The notes under the pieces: model-generated
Told to the model about the DNA's origin: nothing
The model's input: the letters and a program-made list of their open reading frames with translations, nothing else
Databases searched by the model: none
In this document: positions 52,066-64,000 of the stretch, piece after piece
Position numbering within the stretch: the first letter of the stretch is position 1
Layout of the letters: every line of letters begins with the position of its first letter
Position numbers and translations under genes: made by a program
Origin: Vicugna vicugna
Lineage: Eukaryota
Reading direction: 5' to 3'
NCBI GenBank assembly: GCA_013265495.1
Contig: MU057560.1
Coordinates: 942,753-1,006,752 of the forward strand
DNA: 64,000 nucleotides

Positions 52066-53499
52066 TGTTTCCCCTATTGCAACACTGAGTCACAAACTTT
52101 GAAACAGAAAAAGAGAATCTTGCCCAAGGGTCTACTCTATGTAAATATAAGGTGTCTATTGTTACGTTTAAGTGACCCCACTCTCACCTTCGCTTCACAT
52201 GAGAAATAGCGCTCACACCGACATGTGAAGCGCATTTAACAAGTTGGCGGGCTTGGAAAGCCCGTGCAATTTGCACATACCGGAGCATCCGTTTGATTCT
52301 TCCTCCTCAATTAGTCGATCAACGGGTCTTGTCACGTTCCCATTCCTTCCCATTTTCACTTTTCTCTGTAACAGCTGGTTGTCAGCCTTGGTCGTCCCTC
52401 TTCTTACAGGGTTTGTCAGGGTCACTGCTGCAGTTACAATTTGAAACACATCATTTCTAGACCCCGTGGATTTGAAAGACGAATCTCCAGTTCCCCTGAA
52501 AGGCTGTGGCGTCCATCATGCTGAACAACCTCCTAGGCCACATCACCTCCTGGACTGTTTCTGAGCAACAGAGCTGTTCCCTCTTCACCAGGATGTGTCT
52601 GGGGTCCACTGCGCTGCAATGTCTCTAAAGCGTTTATTTTGTTCACTTGGCTGTGATTTCATCTTTTTACAAAACAATAGAATCATTGCTTGGAAAATCG
52701 ACCCTCTGATCACCACCACCCACGGCGCTGCGTTCGCCTCAGTCTCGACCGGGCAGGCCAGGCCCTGGCGAAGAGGCTGGGCTCCTCTCCATCCTCAGCC
52801 CCTCGTGGCCCCACCGCCAGCTTATCCCTCCACCGTCCTGAGCTACAGCAGAGGCCTCAACAAGATGCAGCCGGAGCTGAAAAATTGGAGTAACAAGGGA
52901 GTTAGAAGACTGACATGATATGTCTTCAGTATTTTATTCTAACCTTAGAGACAGACATTTACCCTCGCTTACCCACGTCCTGATGGCAGGCCAAGAACCT
53001 TGCTCTGAGCGAAGCTCGGCTGACGGGAGCCACATGTTTTTCTGGCATAAACCACAGACGTGATGCCCCCCAGATAATTTCCGGGCTTGGCGCTGTCAGA
53101 TGGAACGCCAGGCAAGTTGAGGGCACCTCCTTCAGCTTTGATGGGCTTCTCCCAAACGTCTGCCCTCGTCCGCTCACACTTGACCTGAGTCGTCTTTCTT
53201 TTCTTTCTCAAATTTAATGGGTCCCCTTGACTTTGGATGGCATCGCGGTGGAACCAGGTCCCCTCACGTAAGCAGGCCCGTGAGTAACCAGAGCGGCCTC
53301 TGGGTTGCGCCAGGAGCTGGACTGGGAAGAGTGGGCGTGCGCGTGGGCGCCGGGAGCGGACTGCGGGCGGGGGTCGGCGCGCTGCGGGCCTTGGACCTGT
53401 GTTTGACGTAGGCCCTGGAGGCCCCCAGCGAGCGGAGAGATGGAGTTCGTGCAGAGGTTTTATCGTCCCTCAAGGTTCCGGGCTGCACTGTCCTGCCCG

Positions 53500-53838
53500 T
53501 TGGACTTCTGCGTTCCCTTTGTCTGGAAAGCTCTCTCACGTCCTTCACTTGCCAAACTCCTACCCACCTTTCAAGACTCAGACAACAAGCACTTTCTCTG
53601 CAAAGCCTGCTCCAAAACCCATCCACCCACTCGCCTCTCCTACCTCTACAGAGACCTGTGCGTGCCTTTAATTCTGTATTTCCATTTTCTCATGGGAAAA
53701 AATGCATTGTGTTAGCTTTCCTTTCCTATTAGACTTGAAATCTTCAAGGGCAGAAGTTTATCCATCTTTTATCTCTGGGTCTCGGTCCCTAACATGGTGG
53801 CCGGCGTGGCCAGTGTCTTTGTTTAGTTGAATGAAAGC
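53500..53838 (+). mobile_element. L2 LINE 3' region
   Basis: gttccctttgtctggaaagctct..aactcctacccacctttcaagactcag...attagacttgaaatcttcaagggcag...gttgaatgaa. Confidence 0.7.
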
Positions 53839-54800
53839 TTGGGCATCCAGCTGAGCAGAGTGACTGTCTGTCTCACGCGCTCCTGCAGCCACCACCCTGG
53901 GCAGTCCCCTAGGTCTCTGCAAGCTGCACGTGGCTACAGAAACTCAAAATAGTTACACTGAAACAAAATCAGAATCCAGTTCGTTGGTGGCACCCATCAC
54001 ATTTCCAGGGCACAGTCACCACGTGTTAGCTGGCTTCCGGCCGGACAGAGCAGATCCAGAGCAGATCCAGAGCCTGTGCACCTCCGCGGCAGGTTCTCAC
54101 AGGCGGCGGTGCAAGGTCCTTCTGGAGGCTCTGGGCTGCCACGCCACACTGGGAACACCCTCTCTGCTCATCCTCCCGGGGCTTGCTCATCCTCCTTCGT
54201 TCCTTCCTGCTCAGCAGTCCCTTCCTTCAGACGACTGTGCTGATAAGTTTTCTTCTTCCTATTGGCCTGAGGCTCTGAGCTTTCTTAACACATTTTTATG
54301 GAAAGTGCTTTGCTTTAACAGCTTTGATGTTGGGGACTATTTGAGATAAAGGCTGCAGTTTGCTAGTTTAAGTCCCATTCACACCATGTCAGTTGCAAAC
54401 ACCCTTATCCACGGATGGCCATCCGGAATGTAATCACTCCCAGCTCCACAGCTGGTTCCTCCCAGTGCCGGCTCGGCGAGGGGGCTCTGGTGTGGGCAAG
54501 TTCAGAGAAATGCAGCTGCGCAGGATGCCCCAGTAAGACCCCAGGATAACTGGCCAAATGGTGTTTATAAAAGCACTCAGCGTTTAAGAAGTGTTCCATG
54601 TATAGCATCTTGCTTGTCTCTCTTGGCAACCGCTCGCATCGCATCATGTTGGGAGCCACTGCTCTGAAGGTAAGGAAGTGTCACGAGCAGCCACTTGCGT
54701 CCATGTTGTGTCTTGCGGTTGTAGAAAGCACTTTCAAAGGACAGCCCCTCCTTTCTGGGGAGGAGCTGTGGTAACTGGTGCTTCTAAAAATGAGCCAGTC

Positions 54801-54912
54801 TGTGACAATGAATATATACATGTTCATGTATAACTGAAAAATTGTGCTGTACGCTGGAATTTGATACAACATTGTAAAATGATTATAAATCAATAAGAAA
54901 TGTTAAAAAAAA
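54801..54912 (+). mobile_element. Young, severely 5'-truncated L1 with perfect TSD
   Basis: About 110 bp of L1 tail between identical taaaaatgagccagtc repeats (54785-54800, 54913-54928). Confidence 0.95.
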
Positions 54913-56234
54913 TAAAAATGAGCCAGTCAATATGTCATGTTTTCAGCCAAAGTCATAGTTATTCATTTTACTCTGCTTTCATCAGTTCATATTTAATAAG
55001 TCAAATCGCATGTGATGACTTCATTGTGTCATCATTTATATTAATGTGGGATTGGGTTTTAGGTGGCATAACACCCAGTTAATTTTTATAGTGTCTTTTT
55101 AAGTTTCTTTTTCCCATCAAGTCTCTCCCTCGGTTAGAATCTTATAAGCCACTGTTAAAAAGCCATGAGAGACCTGCATGTTGGCAGGAACCACTTTTTC
55201 GGGATGCACACTTTTTGTCAGTTCTACTTGTCATCTGATGGAGGATCCTGAAAGTCTGAATCGTGTGGACGGTCTCGGTGTCCCGGGCTCCCGGGGTTGG
55301 AGGAGCCCCAGGATCACGCGGCCAGCCCATCCTCCTCGACCACCTGCCCCGCCCGCACCGCGGCGTCTCCTCCCTCCCGCTCCCCTCCCGCCGGCGCCTG
55401 CCTCTTCTCGTCCTCATCCCCTCTGCTTCTGTCCATCCCTCCCACTCCCAGGGTTGCTTTCTAAACCTAAAACTCAGTGATCAGAAATCACAGATTCCTC
55501 CTCAAACCATGAAGAACAATTATGGCAAGTATGAATATTTTCCAAGGATGTATTTAGGAATGATCACTCTTTTGTTAAAAATTAAAGAACAAAAAGATTG
55601 AAAGAATGGAAAATAATGAGATCCCCTGAAGAGAATGAATGATTCACTGAGAGAGGAATCACCATCTGAGGACCCAGGAAGAGTCTATTCAAGGAGCAGA
55701 TGTTACATACATGCATCTCTCGTGTGCAAAGCATGACTTAGCCGTGCAAGGTGCGCGGGTCGGATGGATTCTCAGCCAGTCTACAGAAAACCCGGCAGCT
55801 GGGGAGAGCAGGACATGAACAGTGATGGCTTGATGTGAGTGGTAAGAGGACTTGATGGGTGGAAAACGGGAAGGGAGGGAAGCCAGGGCCCTTGAAAGAC
55901 AGGAGCAAAACGGGAGCGTGCCTCGTCACGGAAGCTGAGGGAGAGAGAAAGAAATGAAAGCATTTGCGGAACTCCCTGTCAGGGGCAGGAGTAAACACCC
56001 TACTGTGCTCGAGCCCGCTGGATCCTCATTGCGGCGTGGGACGGAAGAGCCACATCGCTGCCTTCCAGATTAACACACTGAGGGTCGATGAGGTCAAGAA
56101 ATGGGGGAGAAGTTATACAAACTAGTCTGTGGTAGTCGATCCAGGTTTGGAGAGGAGAGCGTTTCAAGAATGTTATGATTTGTCCCTGTCTTCCTAAGAG
56201 AGTGTTTATCTTTTTTTTTCCTTCTTTGCAATGA

Positions 56235-56923
56235 TTCTTTTTATTGTGGCAAAGACATCTGACACAAAGTGTACCATCATGACCATTTCAAAGCGCACCG
56301 TTCCACGGGGTTAATCACATTCACACTGTTGTGCAGCCAACACCACTGACATCTCCAGAGCTTTTTCATCTTGCGAAACTGACGCTCTGCACCCATAAAG
56401 CACTGACCCCTCCCTCCCTCCTCCCCCAGCCGCGGGCAACCACCATTCTACTTTCTGTCTCCACGAACTTGATCCCTCCAGGGACCTCGTGTGAATGGAC
56501 TCACGGTGTTCATCCTTCTGGGCTCAACCTTGTGTCAGAGTTTCCTTCCTGCTTAAGGCTGAGCAATATTCTGTTGCCCAGATAGACCGCATTTTGCTTA
56601 TCCAGTCATCCGTCAGGGGACACCTGGGTGGTTTCCACCCTTGGTCTATTGTGAACAGTGCTGCTATGACCATGCGTGTACAAGTATCGGTTTGTGTTCC
56701 CACTGTCAGTTCTTTTGCGTAAATACCCAGAAGTGAGATAGCTGGAAAAGGTAATTCTATAGTTAATTTTTGGAGGAATTGCTCCATACTGGCCACACGA
56801 ATTTATGTTCCCACCAACAATGCACAAAGGTTCTGGTTTCTCCATATTTCTGTTTGTTTGGTTGGTTGGGGTTTTGATAACAGTCATTGTAATGAGCGTG
56901 AAGCAGCATCTCATCGTGGTTTG
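56235..56923 (-). mobile_element. Old L1 (L1MB-like) 3' UTR plus ORF2 C-terminal remnant
   Basis: ORF 56524-56796 translates to L1 ORF2p-like PAISLLGIYAKE..IAALFTI..WKPPRCPLTDDWISKM; 3' UTR caccattctactttctgtctc. Confidence 0.9.
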
Positions 56924-58392
56924 AGCTCCATCAGTCTTTTAGGATGACTTGTGTGGTGAGGCTGTTAGTCTTGGCTTGTTTTCTCCCTCATCATCTCTCT
57001 CCTGGGCCTCCCGGGGTCTCCCGGGGTCTCCCAATCTCCTCTGCTCAACCCTCTTCCCCACCAGCTTCACCACCTCTTGGCTCACGAGCTCCTGCCTTCA
57101 TTCCTAGGACCTTCCTCACACATCGCTCTTCCCTGTGATGCTGAGGGCCTCTAGACGTGTCCACCAATATGAACAATCACTTTTATGTGCTGAGTAAACC
57201 TCCTGCACACCCTCTGCTGTTTAATCTGACAACTAGCTCAGTCCTAACAGTCCCACACAGGACACATGGAAGTAACACTGGGGTTTAAATCGCAATGACT
57301 CTGAATACAGTGCCAGACACAGCAAACTTTTCTGTATACTTAGGTTTTCAAAATGTATTAAATCGTTAGCAACTCCCGTAAAAATTAGGCCACATTCCAC
57401 CTATCGTGGAGGAAAAGGAGAAAAGAAAACCCGCTTTAACGGCCCTCACTATGAGTTGCTGGAGGAAGAATTAGCCATCAAGTTGAGTATTACACATAAA
57501 ACAGCAATAAATATGATATTCATAATCTGAAATGAACCTCATCAACCATTTACAAAGAACACCCAGTTTGTTTAATGGAGCTGTGTTAATACGTTGCTGT
57601 GAAGATAATGGCTCCACGCTGCTTGTTTTAATGAGGGGGCTGCCACCGGGTAGACATTCAGTCTTACCTTCATAAACCCACTGAGAAGACGGAATATGTT
57701 AGCCTTTTCCTTCCTTGTACGAAGTAGAAGAAATACACCAGACGCCTCCACACGGAAAGGTGTTGGATATGATCTATTTAGACAATCGAATCACGCTGAT
57801 CTGCTCACGTTTTTGTCTGTGAGACCCAGGGAATTCGGAGCACTCCTACCTTCCAGTTTTCAGCAGACCCAGGATCTGTCAGTGAGGGGGCTGTTGTGTT
57901 AAGACATCCTGTCTCCTGAGACAAGTGACTGCGAGCAATCAGCTACCTCAGCAGCTTCAGGCTCTCCACAGACCCATCCGGAGAGTCTGCTCCCAACCAC
58001 ACATGACACTTTCACCAAAGCTCTGCTTATAGACCAAAAATTAGCCACTGCTCAGCTCCCCCCACATATTCTGGGCTGTATTTTAAGGATTCAGGAATTC
58101 TTTGGAATCTCATGACTGACAAGGTTTTGGCTTTTCTTTTCCAGAATTATGAAGGCAACAGCTTGAAAAACAAAAAAACTTGCAGTATGTATTAGAGTGT
58201 TGAGTGAGAAATCTTTCAACAATCAGGGAAGGAACTGTTCTCTGAAACAGTTTTGTTTTGGCTAAATCTTTGCTCATTCTTATCTCTATCTTTCTGACTC
58301 CAGTGTCTTCCTAGAATGTCATCTTATTACCACACCAAATTTATTCTGGAGGGAAAAGTAGCAATTAGTTATTTCCAGTTTCTGGAAGGACA

Positions 58393-58468
58393 GCTTCCAG
58401 AAAGGTGAGACCACTTTTCTGTGGTTTATAAGTCACCAGCCTATGGTGTTTTCTTATAGACACCTCCC
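58393..58468 (+). mobile_element. MLT1 (MaLR) LTR 3' fragment
   Basis: ttccagaaaggtgaga..tttctgtggtttataagtcaccagcctatggtgttttcttatag. Confidence 0.65.
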
Positions 58469-58487
58469 AACAGGTCTTCCTGTTTCT

Positions 58488-59097
58488 TTCTTTTTTTTTT
58501 TTTCCCTTCCTTTTTGACTTTTATTTATTTATTTTTAAATATTTATATTTTTTCTTAAAGTATACTCAGTTATAATGTATTAATTTCTGGAGTACAACAT
58601 GTTTCAGTCATACAAATGCATATATATATATATTCATTTTTGAAGTTTCATAAATGAGTTCATTAGTGTCTTCTTTTTTGTTGTTTTTTTAGATTCCACA
58701 TATAAGTGATACCATATAGTATTTTTCTTTCTCTTTCTGGCTTACTTCACTTAGACTGACGATCTCCAGATATAACTATGTTACTGCAAATGGCATTATT
58801 TTATTCTTTTTTATGGCTAAATAATATTCCATTATAAATTATATGTAACCACGGCTTCTTTATCCAGTCATCTGTTGATGGACATTTAGGTTGTTTCCAC
58901 CTCTTGGCTATTGTAAATAGTGCTGCTATGAACATTGGGGTGCATGTATCTTTTTGAATTAAGGTTTACTCTGAATCTATGCCCAGGAGTGGGGTTGCTG
59001 GATCATATGGTGAGTCTATTTTTAGTTCTTTGAGGAATCTCCATACTATTTTCCATAATGGCTGCACCAAACTTCATTCCCACCAGCAGTGTAGGAG
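58488..59097 (-). mobile_element. L1 3' fragment (ORF2 end plus partly deleted 3' UTR)
   Basis: T-rich tail; ttagattccacatataagtgat..ggacatttaggttgtttcca..gtgctgctatgaacattgggg..cattcccaccagcagtgtaggag; possible TSD aggtcttcctgtttct / agttctccttgtttct. Confidence 0.93.
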
Positions 59098-60867
59098 AGT
59101 TCTCCTTGTTTCTAATTTGCTCTCTGCAATCAGAATGACTTTCTTAACATACAAAATGTTCATGTCACTTCCTCCACCTGGTGTCCTCCTCCTCCTGCTC
59201 AAAGCCCTCTAGTGGGGACCCTTGACTGAGAACAAAGCCTGCACTCCTCCGATTTCTATAACCTGCATCTCTGGAGAGGGCTGCAGTTTCCTCATCACTT
59301 GAATTCTCTCTGGTTGCTGCATGTTTGTTTTTAATTGTATTCTGAGTTTCTTGGAAACTTAGAATATGCTAGGGCTGAGTGACCACTTAGGTACTTGGAG
59401 CAGTTATGAGAAAAGGGTAAACTTGTAGCTTGGTAAGTCAGCAGTTGTGGATTCAGGGTGACTCTACGATCCATCATCCAGGGGGGATGCTTTTTAGGAT
59501 GAGGGACACCCCAAACTCCAAATCCTGTGAGCCCCCTCATTTGACTTTGTTTTTAGACTGAAAGTCTTACTCCCCTCTATCATTTAGCGCGTTACTGGCT
59601 GGGAAATCACAGCATCAAGTTTACTTTCACTTACTACACGTGGTTCTTTGGTGTCTACCGTGTGCTCCTGAGGACACTCACATGAACAAAACACCGCAAG
59701 ACGGCACTTTGTGGCACATGGATGGTCCTGAGACTCGTGCACAGAGAACGTGTGACTTGGCTTTGGAGAAGGAGCCAATTGGTTTATGGGCAAAGTTAAT
59801 GACCTCGAGCTTGTGATATTTATCTTTATTGCTCAGAGTTTTTGTTTGGTTTATTTCTTTTTCTCTTTTTAATTCTAGTCAAAAATGGTTGCCAAATTGC
59901 TGATCGCTACATAATCACAATAATAGCAGGCTTATTACAATAGCAAACAAAATCTGAAACTCCAGTGTCTCCACACAGCATCATTTCTTGTTTGGATCAT
60001 GATCTGGAGGGGTTGACAATTCTCCTGTGGGCTCCCCTCCAAGCTGAAGGGTCCCAGGGTGCTTCCTTTTGGACAAAAAGTGCAGAGCTGGCACGAGGAC
60101 AAAAGTGCAGAGAAGAGGGTCAACCCCGGAAGCTGCTCACTTCCCACTGGCCTGACCCCAAAACGAACTGAAAGGGGTCCCGCGAAGCCGAGAGCTCACG
60201 GCTGTCCGAGCGCTCCCAGTTCCTGCTGCGCAGTGCAGTGAGGAGGAGTGACCGCGGGTTCTTTGCAGACGGCGGGATACTGCAGCAGACTCTAATGGCA
60301 GCAGGACAGGAAGCGAAAAGGGGCAAAGAACCTTCCATTCCAGCCTCTACCCCTCGGTGGTGGACAGCCACAGGATGCGTCCAGATTTCAGCTTTCTCAC
60401 TGGCAAAAGGAAGATGATGAATTTAATGAGATGTGGGGTCCATTTTAGCTTTCAAATTCTTCTTTCTGGGAGCTGGCAGTTCAATTGGAAATATGAAATG
60501 AAACAAAGCGACTCTCTGTTAAAACATTTAGAATTGCTGAGTGAAGACAGGGTCAGAACGGAGCTGGTTTCCCCAGCTGCTGGGGTACCGGGTGTCATGA
60601 ACAAAATGGTCTCGTGCTCCCATGCCCAGGTCACGGCGGTGATGTTTAAGTGCTAACAGCATTTCACACTCTCATTTTCATTTATTGTCTGTTCCCAGAG
60701 CTTGGCTGTTTCTTTTAGACTAGCACATGGGGTGGTAGTCCTCGTCTGAAATGTGGGAGTTTCTTTGAGTGAGTTCAAGCTATGATAGGCGTTAGTAATG
60801 TGTGCGTGTTGGGGGGGTTGTGTGTGTGTGTGTGTGAAGGGCCAGATGTTTTAATAAATATTTTAGC

Positions 60868-61022
60868 TTTTTTAAAAACTGAAGTGTAATCAGTTTACAG
60901 TGCTAGTTTCTGGCGCACAGCGTGGTGATTCAGTTACACACGTCTCCGTTCTTTATCATCATGGGCGGTTACAAGGCCCTGAATGGAGTCCTGTGCTCTC
61001 CAGGAGGGCCTGGTGGTTTTTC
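60868..61022 (-). mobile_element. L1 3' terminus, diverged
   Basis: ctgaagtgtaatcagtttaca..tagtttctggcgcacagcgtggtgattcagtta..ttacaaggccctgaatggagtcctgtgct. Confidence 0.75.
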
Positions 61023-61029
61023 GCCAGTG

Positions 61030-61183
61030 CATGCAGCCTCTGTTGTGACTGCTTATCTCCGTGGTTTCCAGCAAAAGCATCTGAGGACAACGTGTAAATA
61101 AGTGGTCATGTCCGTGTTGCAATAAAACTTTATTTGCCAAAACAGGATGTGGGCCAGATGTGGCCATAGTTTGCAGACCTCTG
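61030..61183 (-). mobile_element. MER58A-like fragment
   Basis: gtgttgcaataaaactttatttgccaaaacagg..gggccagatgtggccatagtttgcagacctctg. Confidence 0.85.
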
Positions 61184-61351
61184 ACTCAGGGTCCTGGAGA
61201 TTAAACCCTTCGCCTTTTATCCAGCTAGCTGACAGTGCGCTATATCCACCCTTGTTCCGGGCGTTGCCAGCAAAGTATGTTTTTAGGATGACCTTCAGAC
61301 AGCGTGAGTTTGGAGATTGTCCAGAGTCATTGTTCATGCTTCTACCGCCCT

Positions 61352-61700
61352 ATAGTTGTGTCACAGACCAGCGGACAAAGCAGCACACGCTTATTATCTC
61401 ACAGTTTCTGAGGTCAGGAAACGTGGCACGTCTTGGCCGGGTCTCCTGGCACAGGGCCGTCAAATCAGCCGTGCCAGCTGGGCCCAGGCCTCTCGGCTCA
61501 GCTGGGACAGGCTCTGCGTCTCCGCTCGCTCGGTGGCCGTCGGCGGGATTCAGGTCCTGGAGGACTGGGGACGGAGGCTCCCGGCCACGCGGGAGGGCCG
61601 CTCCCGGCGTGAGTGCGGGCTCCACCCAGTGAGCAAGGGAGAGTCCGAGCACGGGGGACACGAGGCCCCGCCCTGCCGCCTCGGCTCGGACGGGCGTCTC
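61352..61700 (-). mobile_element. MaLR LTR (MLT1E/F-like), GC-enriched
   Basis: aaagcagcacacgcttattatctcacagtttctgaggtcagga..ggcacgtcttggccgggtc...gtcggcgggattcaggtcct; right boundary uncertain. Confidence 0.7.
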
Positions 61701-62134
61701 CACGGCCGCCGGCTTCTCCGCTCCAGGGGAGGGTGTCGCACGGGGTGTGAGCAGCAGGCGCGCAGGCCTCTGGGCACGCTGGGCAGCTGCCTGCCCCACG
61801 GGCCAGCCTGTTCTTGGGGCGGCCGGAGCTGGGCCCCATTCTGTGGACACAGGTCAATCGTGGGCCAGGTCACCGAGCCCCTGAAGGTGGGACGAACCAC
61901 ACACCCCATTGTCCGATCCCTTGTGTAACTGAATTTCTACTCGCACAGGAGTTTTAAGGACTAAAAAGCAATGTGCATCTATGATACAAATCAGGTAATT
62001 GAATGCTTCCCCAGAAAGGCGTAAGAAGACGTTTTTCGTAGAGTTGCCAGTGGTTTTCTGTGCTCCGTTGCCTGGAGTACAGCTCAGCACAGAGGAGACA
62101 GCACGTGACAGCCTACAAATAAGAGGCAACTTTT

Positions 62135-62388
62135 CCTTTTTTTTTCCTTTTTACAAAACACTTGAATGAGGTATGATTGACAGCCAGGAAGCTGTACATA
62201 TTTAATGTACACAACTTGGTGACTTTAGAGATAAGGACACACCATGAAATCATCTCCACAACCTATGCCAAAAATCTGTCCATCACTTCGAGAAGTTTTC
62301 TCCCTCTGTCTTATTGTGATTTGTAATAGGACACTCAACATAAGATCAACCCTCTTAGCAAAGATTTAGGCAAACGATACAACATGTT
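62135..62388 (-). mobile_element. Older L1 (L1MA9-like) 3' end, interrupted
   Basis: tgaggtatgattgaca..aagctgtacatatttaatgtacacaacttg..ccatcac..aacataagatcaaccctcttagcaaa. Confidence 0.8.
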
Positions 62389-62562
62389 TTTACTGAAGTA
62401 CAGCCAGTTGCAATGTGTCAGTTCCTGGTGTACAGCCTAATATCCCAGTCATGCATATACATGCATATATTCGTTTCATATTCTTTTTCACTAAAGGTTA
62501 TTACAAGATACTGAATATAGTTCCCTCCTCTACACAGAAGAAATTTGTTTTTTATCTATTTT
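62389..62562 (-). mobile_element. Younger L1 3' end nested in the older L1
   Basis: tactgaagtacagccagttgcaatgtgtca..ggttattacaagatactgaatatagttccct; flanked by tacaacatgtt / tacaacgcgtt. Confidence 0.85.
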
Positions 62563-63733
62563 TACAACGCGTTGTTATCTCAGCTGATCAATTTCTCCAG
62601 GTGACGGGCGAAACGTAGGGGAAACAAAGAAATGGATTCAGTACTATCCCTTGATAAGCAAAAGGGGACTCTGTTTTCCCATGATTAAACACAAGAACGT
62701 CATCTCAGAAAACAGAGCCGAAGAAGAAGAAGGGAAAGAAAGGCTGGCTTCAGAAATCTCACAGCCACATCGTGAGATAAAGCTAACCTCACACGGCCTG
62801 CAAAGCGCTGGCAATTCATCATCTTTTATTTATGGAATTCATTAAAATGGGATGTTAATCCACCCCGCGCTAGGAGAAGCCCTGTAACTGGTCCTCAAGA
62901 ACGCCTGGGCCACACACCATCCGGGAGGAGGGGAATTAGCTGCCTCAGCCCTCAACGGTCCCCAGCAGCCTGGGTGCTGACAGGCTGGGCCCGCGTGGTG
63001 GCATTTCCAGTTTCTGCGGGGACCTCAGTGCAGAAGACGTGGAGGCAGTATGAACAGAAGTCCTTATTTCTTCTGTTACTGTGTAATATCATGTGGGAAT
63101 AATGCTTATTTGTACTAGGCTCTGAAGGAACACATTTCCCCAGACCCCGCAGAGGTACCTGCTAAATCATTCAGCATCAGAAAGGTTAAATATTTATCTC
63201 TGGTTTGCTTTATGATTATGTGCCTCCCAGAGGCAGGCAGAGCTGGCGTCCACACGCTGATGGATGGAGCCTCTGGAGACCTGAAAGTTATTCCCATGAT
63301 GATAACATTTTCTTTGGCCAAAGGTCTTCAGGCTGGACACAAAGGCTCTTTGCTGGTGGAGGTCAGTCTCTTCTGTCACAGGTGGGGACGCAGGCTCCCG
63401 AGGCTTCATGGCGCCCTCACCTCCTGTGACGGTCACCTCACTTGCGTGAAATGGGGAGGAGAGTCTGGGCACCTGCACCACACAGTGCCAGGGCCTTCAG
63501 TAACACCACGATGTCAAAAAATTCAGTCTGAGCAAGGGAAGCAAGGCTGTCGGTGATTGGACCCCTGTTCACTTTCCCCCGTCATCAGTGGGCCTTCCAC
63601 TGCCTTGCTTTCTGTGATCCAGGGCCCCCAAGGTCATTTGAATTCTTTTCACACGTTCTGCTGTTTCTCAACTCTTGGTCTCTGCCAAGAATGAGCTCCC
63701 ATTTCTCTTTTGTCAACATTTACAATTGACTTA

Positions 63734-64000
63734 CGGATATATGCCCAGGATTGGGATTGCTGGATTGCTGGATCGCAGTGTAAGTCTATTTTCAATTTTT
63801 TATGGAATCTCCATAATAGCTAAGCTGTGGAAACAACCTAAATGTTCATTGACAGATGATTGGAAAATGAATCTGTGGTATAATTATACAGTGGAACACT
63901 ACTCAGCCGTAAAAAGAATAAAATAATGCCATTTGCAGCAACATGGATAGACCTGGAGATCGTCATACTAAGTGAAGTTAGCCAGAAAGAGAAAGAAAAA
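63734..64000 (+). mobile_element. L1 with 5' inversion, running off the window end
   Basis: 63734-63815 is antisense ORF2 (ggatatatgcccagga..gattgctggatc..gaatctccata). 63816-64000 is sense ORF2 (translates IAKLWKQPKCSLTDDW..YSAVKR). Confidence 0.92.

Noticed and set aside
56524..56914. ORFs with reverse-transcriptase-element-like peptides
   Set aside because: Frameshifted C-terminal remnants of L1 ORF2; not functional genes.
1..64000. A novel multi-gene biological system
   Set aside because: No supportable coding genes or co-organised gene cluster; the content is consistent with ordinary mammalian non-coding DNA.

Overview
Eukaryotic (placental mammal) non-coding DNA, intergenic or deep intronic. 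Three tRNA-Ala-like SINEs resembling the camelid Vic-1 family suggest alpaca, llama or camel. I recognise no protein-coding gene, RNA gene, CRISPR array or operon-like structure. The ORF track is explained by GC-rich stop-poor patches, low complexity and L1 ORF2 remnants. The window holds L1 3' fragments of several ages, plus L2, MIR, L3/CR1, MaLR/ERVL LTR and hAT MER relics, microsatellites and CpG-rich patches. The most notable structures are: a near-identical 480-bp-period tandem duplication with an apparently templated junction insert (41389-42339); two L1 insertions with twin-priming 5' inversions; an L1-in-L1 nested insertion; ancient repeats apparently shifted towards GC/CpG; and a few candidate regulatory elements, non-coding exons and a hairpin cluster. 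I found no convincing new biological system. Repeat family names come from my recall of consensus sequences, not a search. Repeat boundaries without a TSD are approximate (tens of bp).
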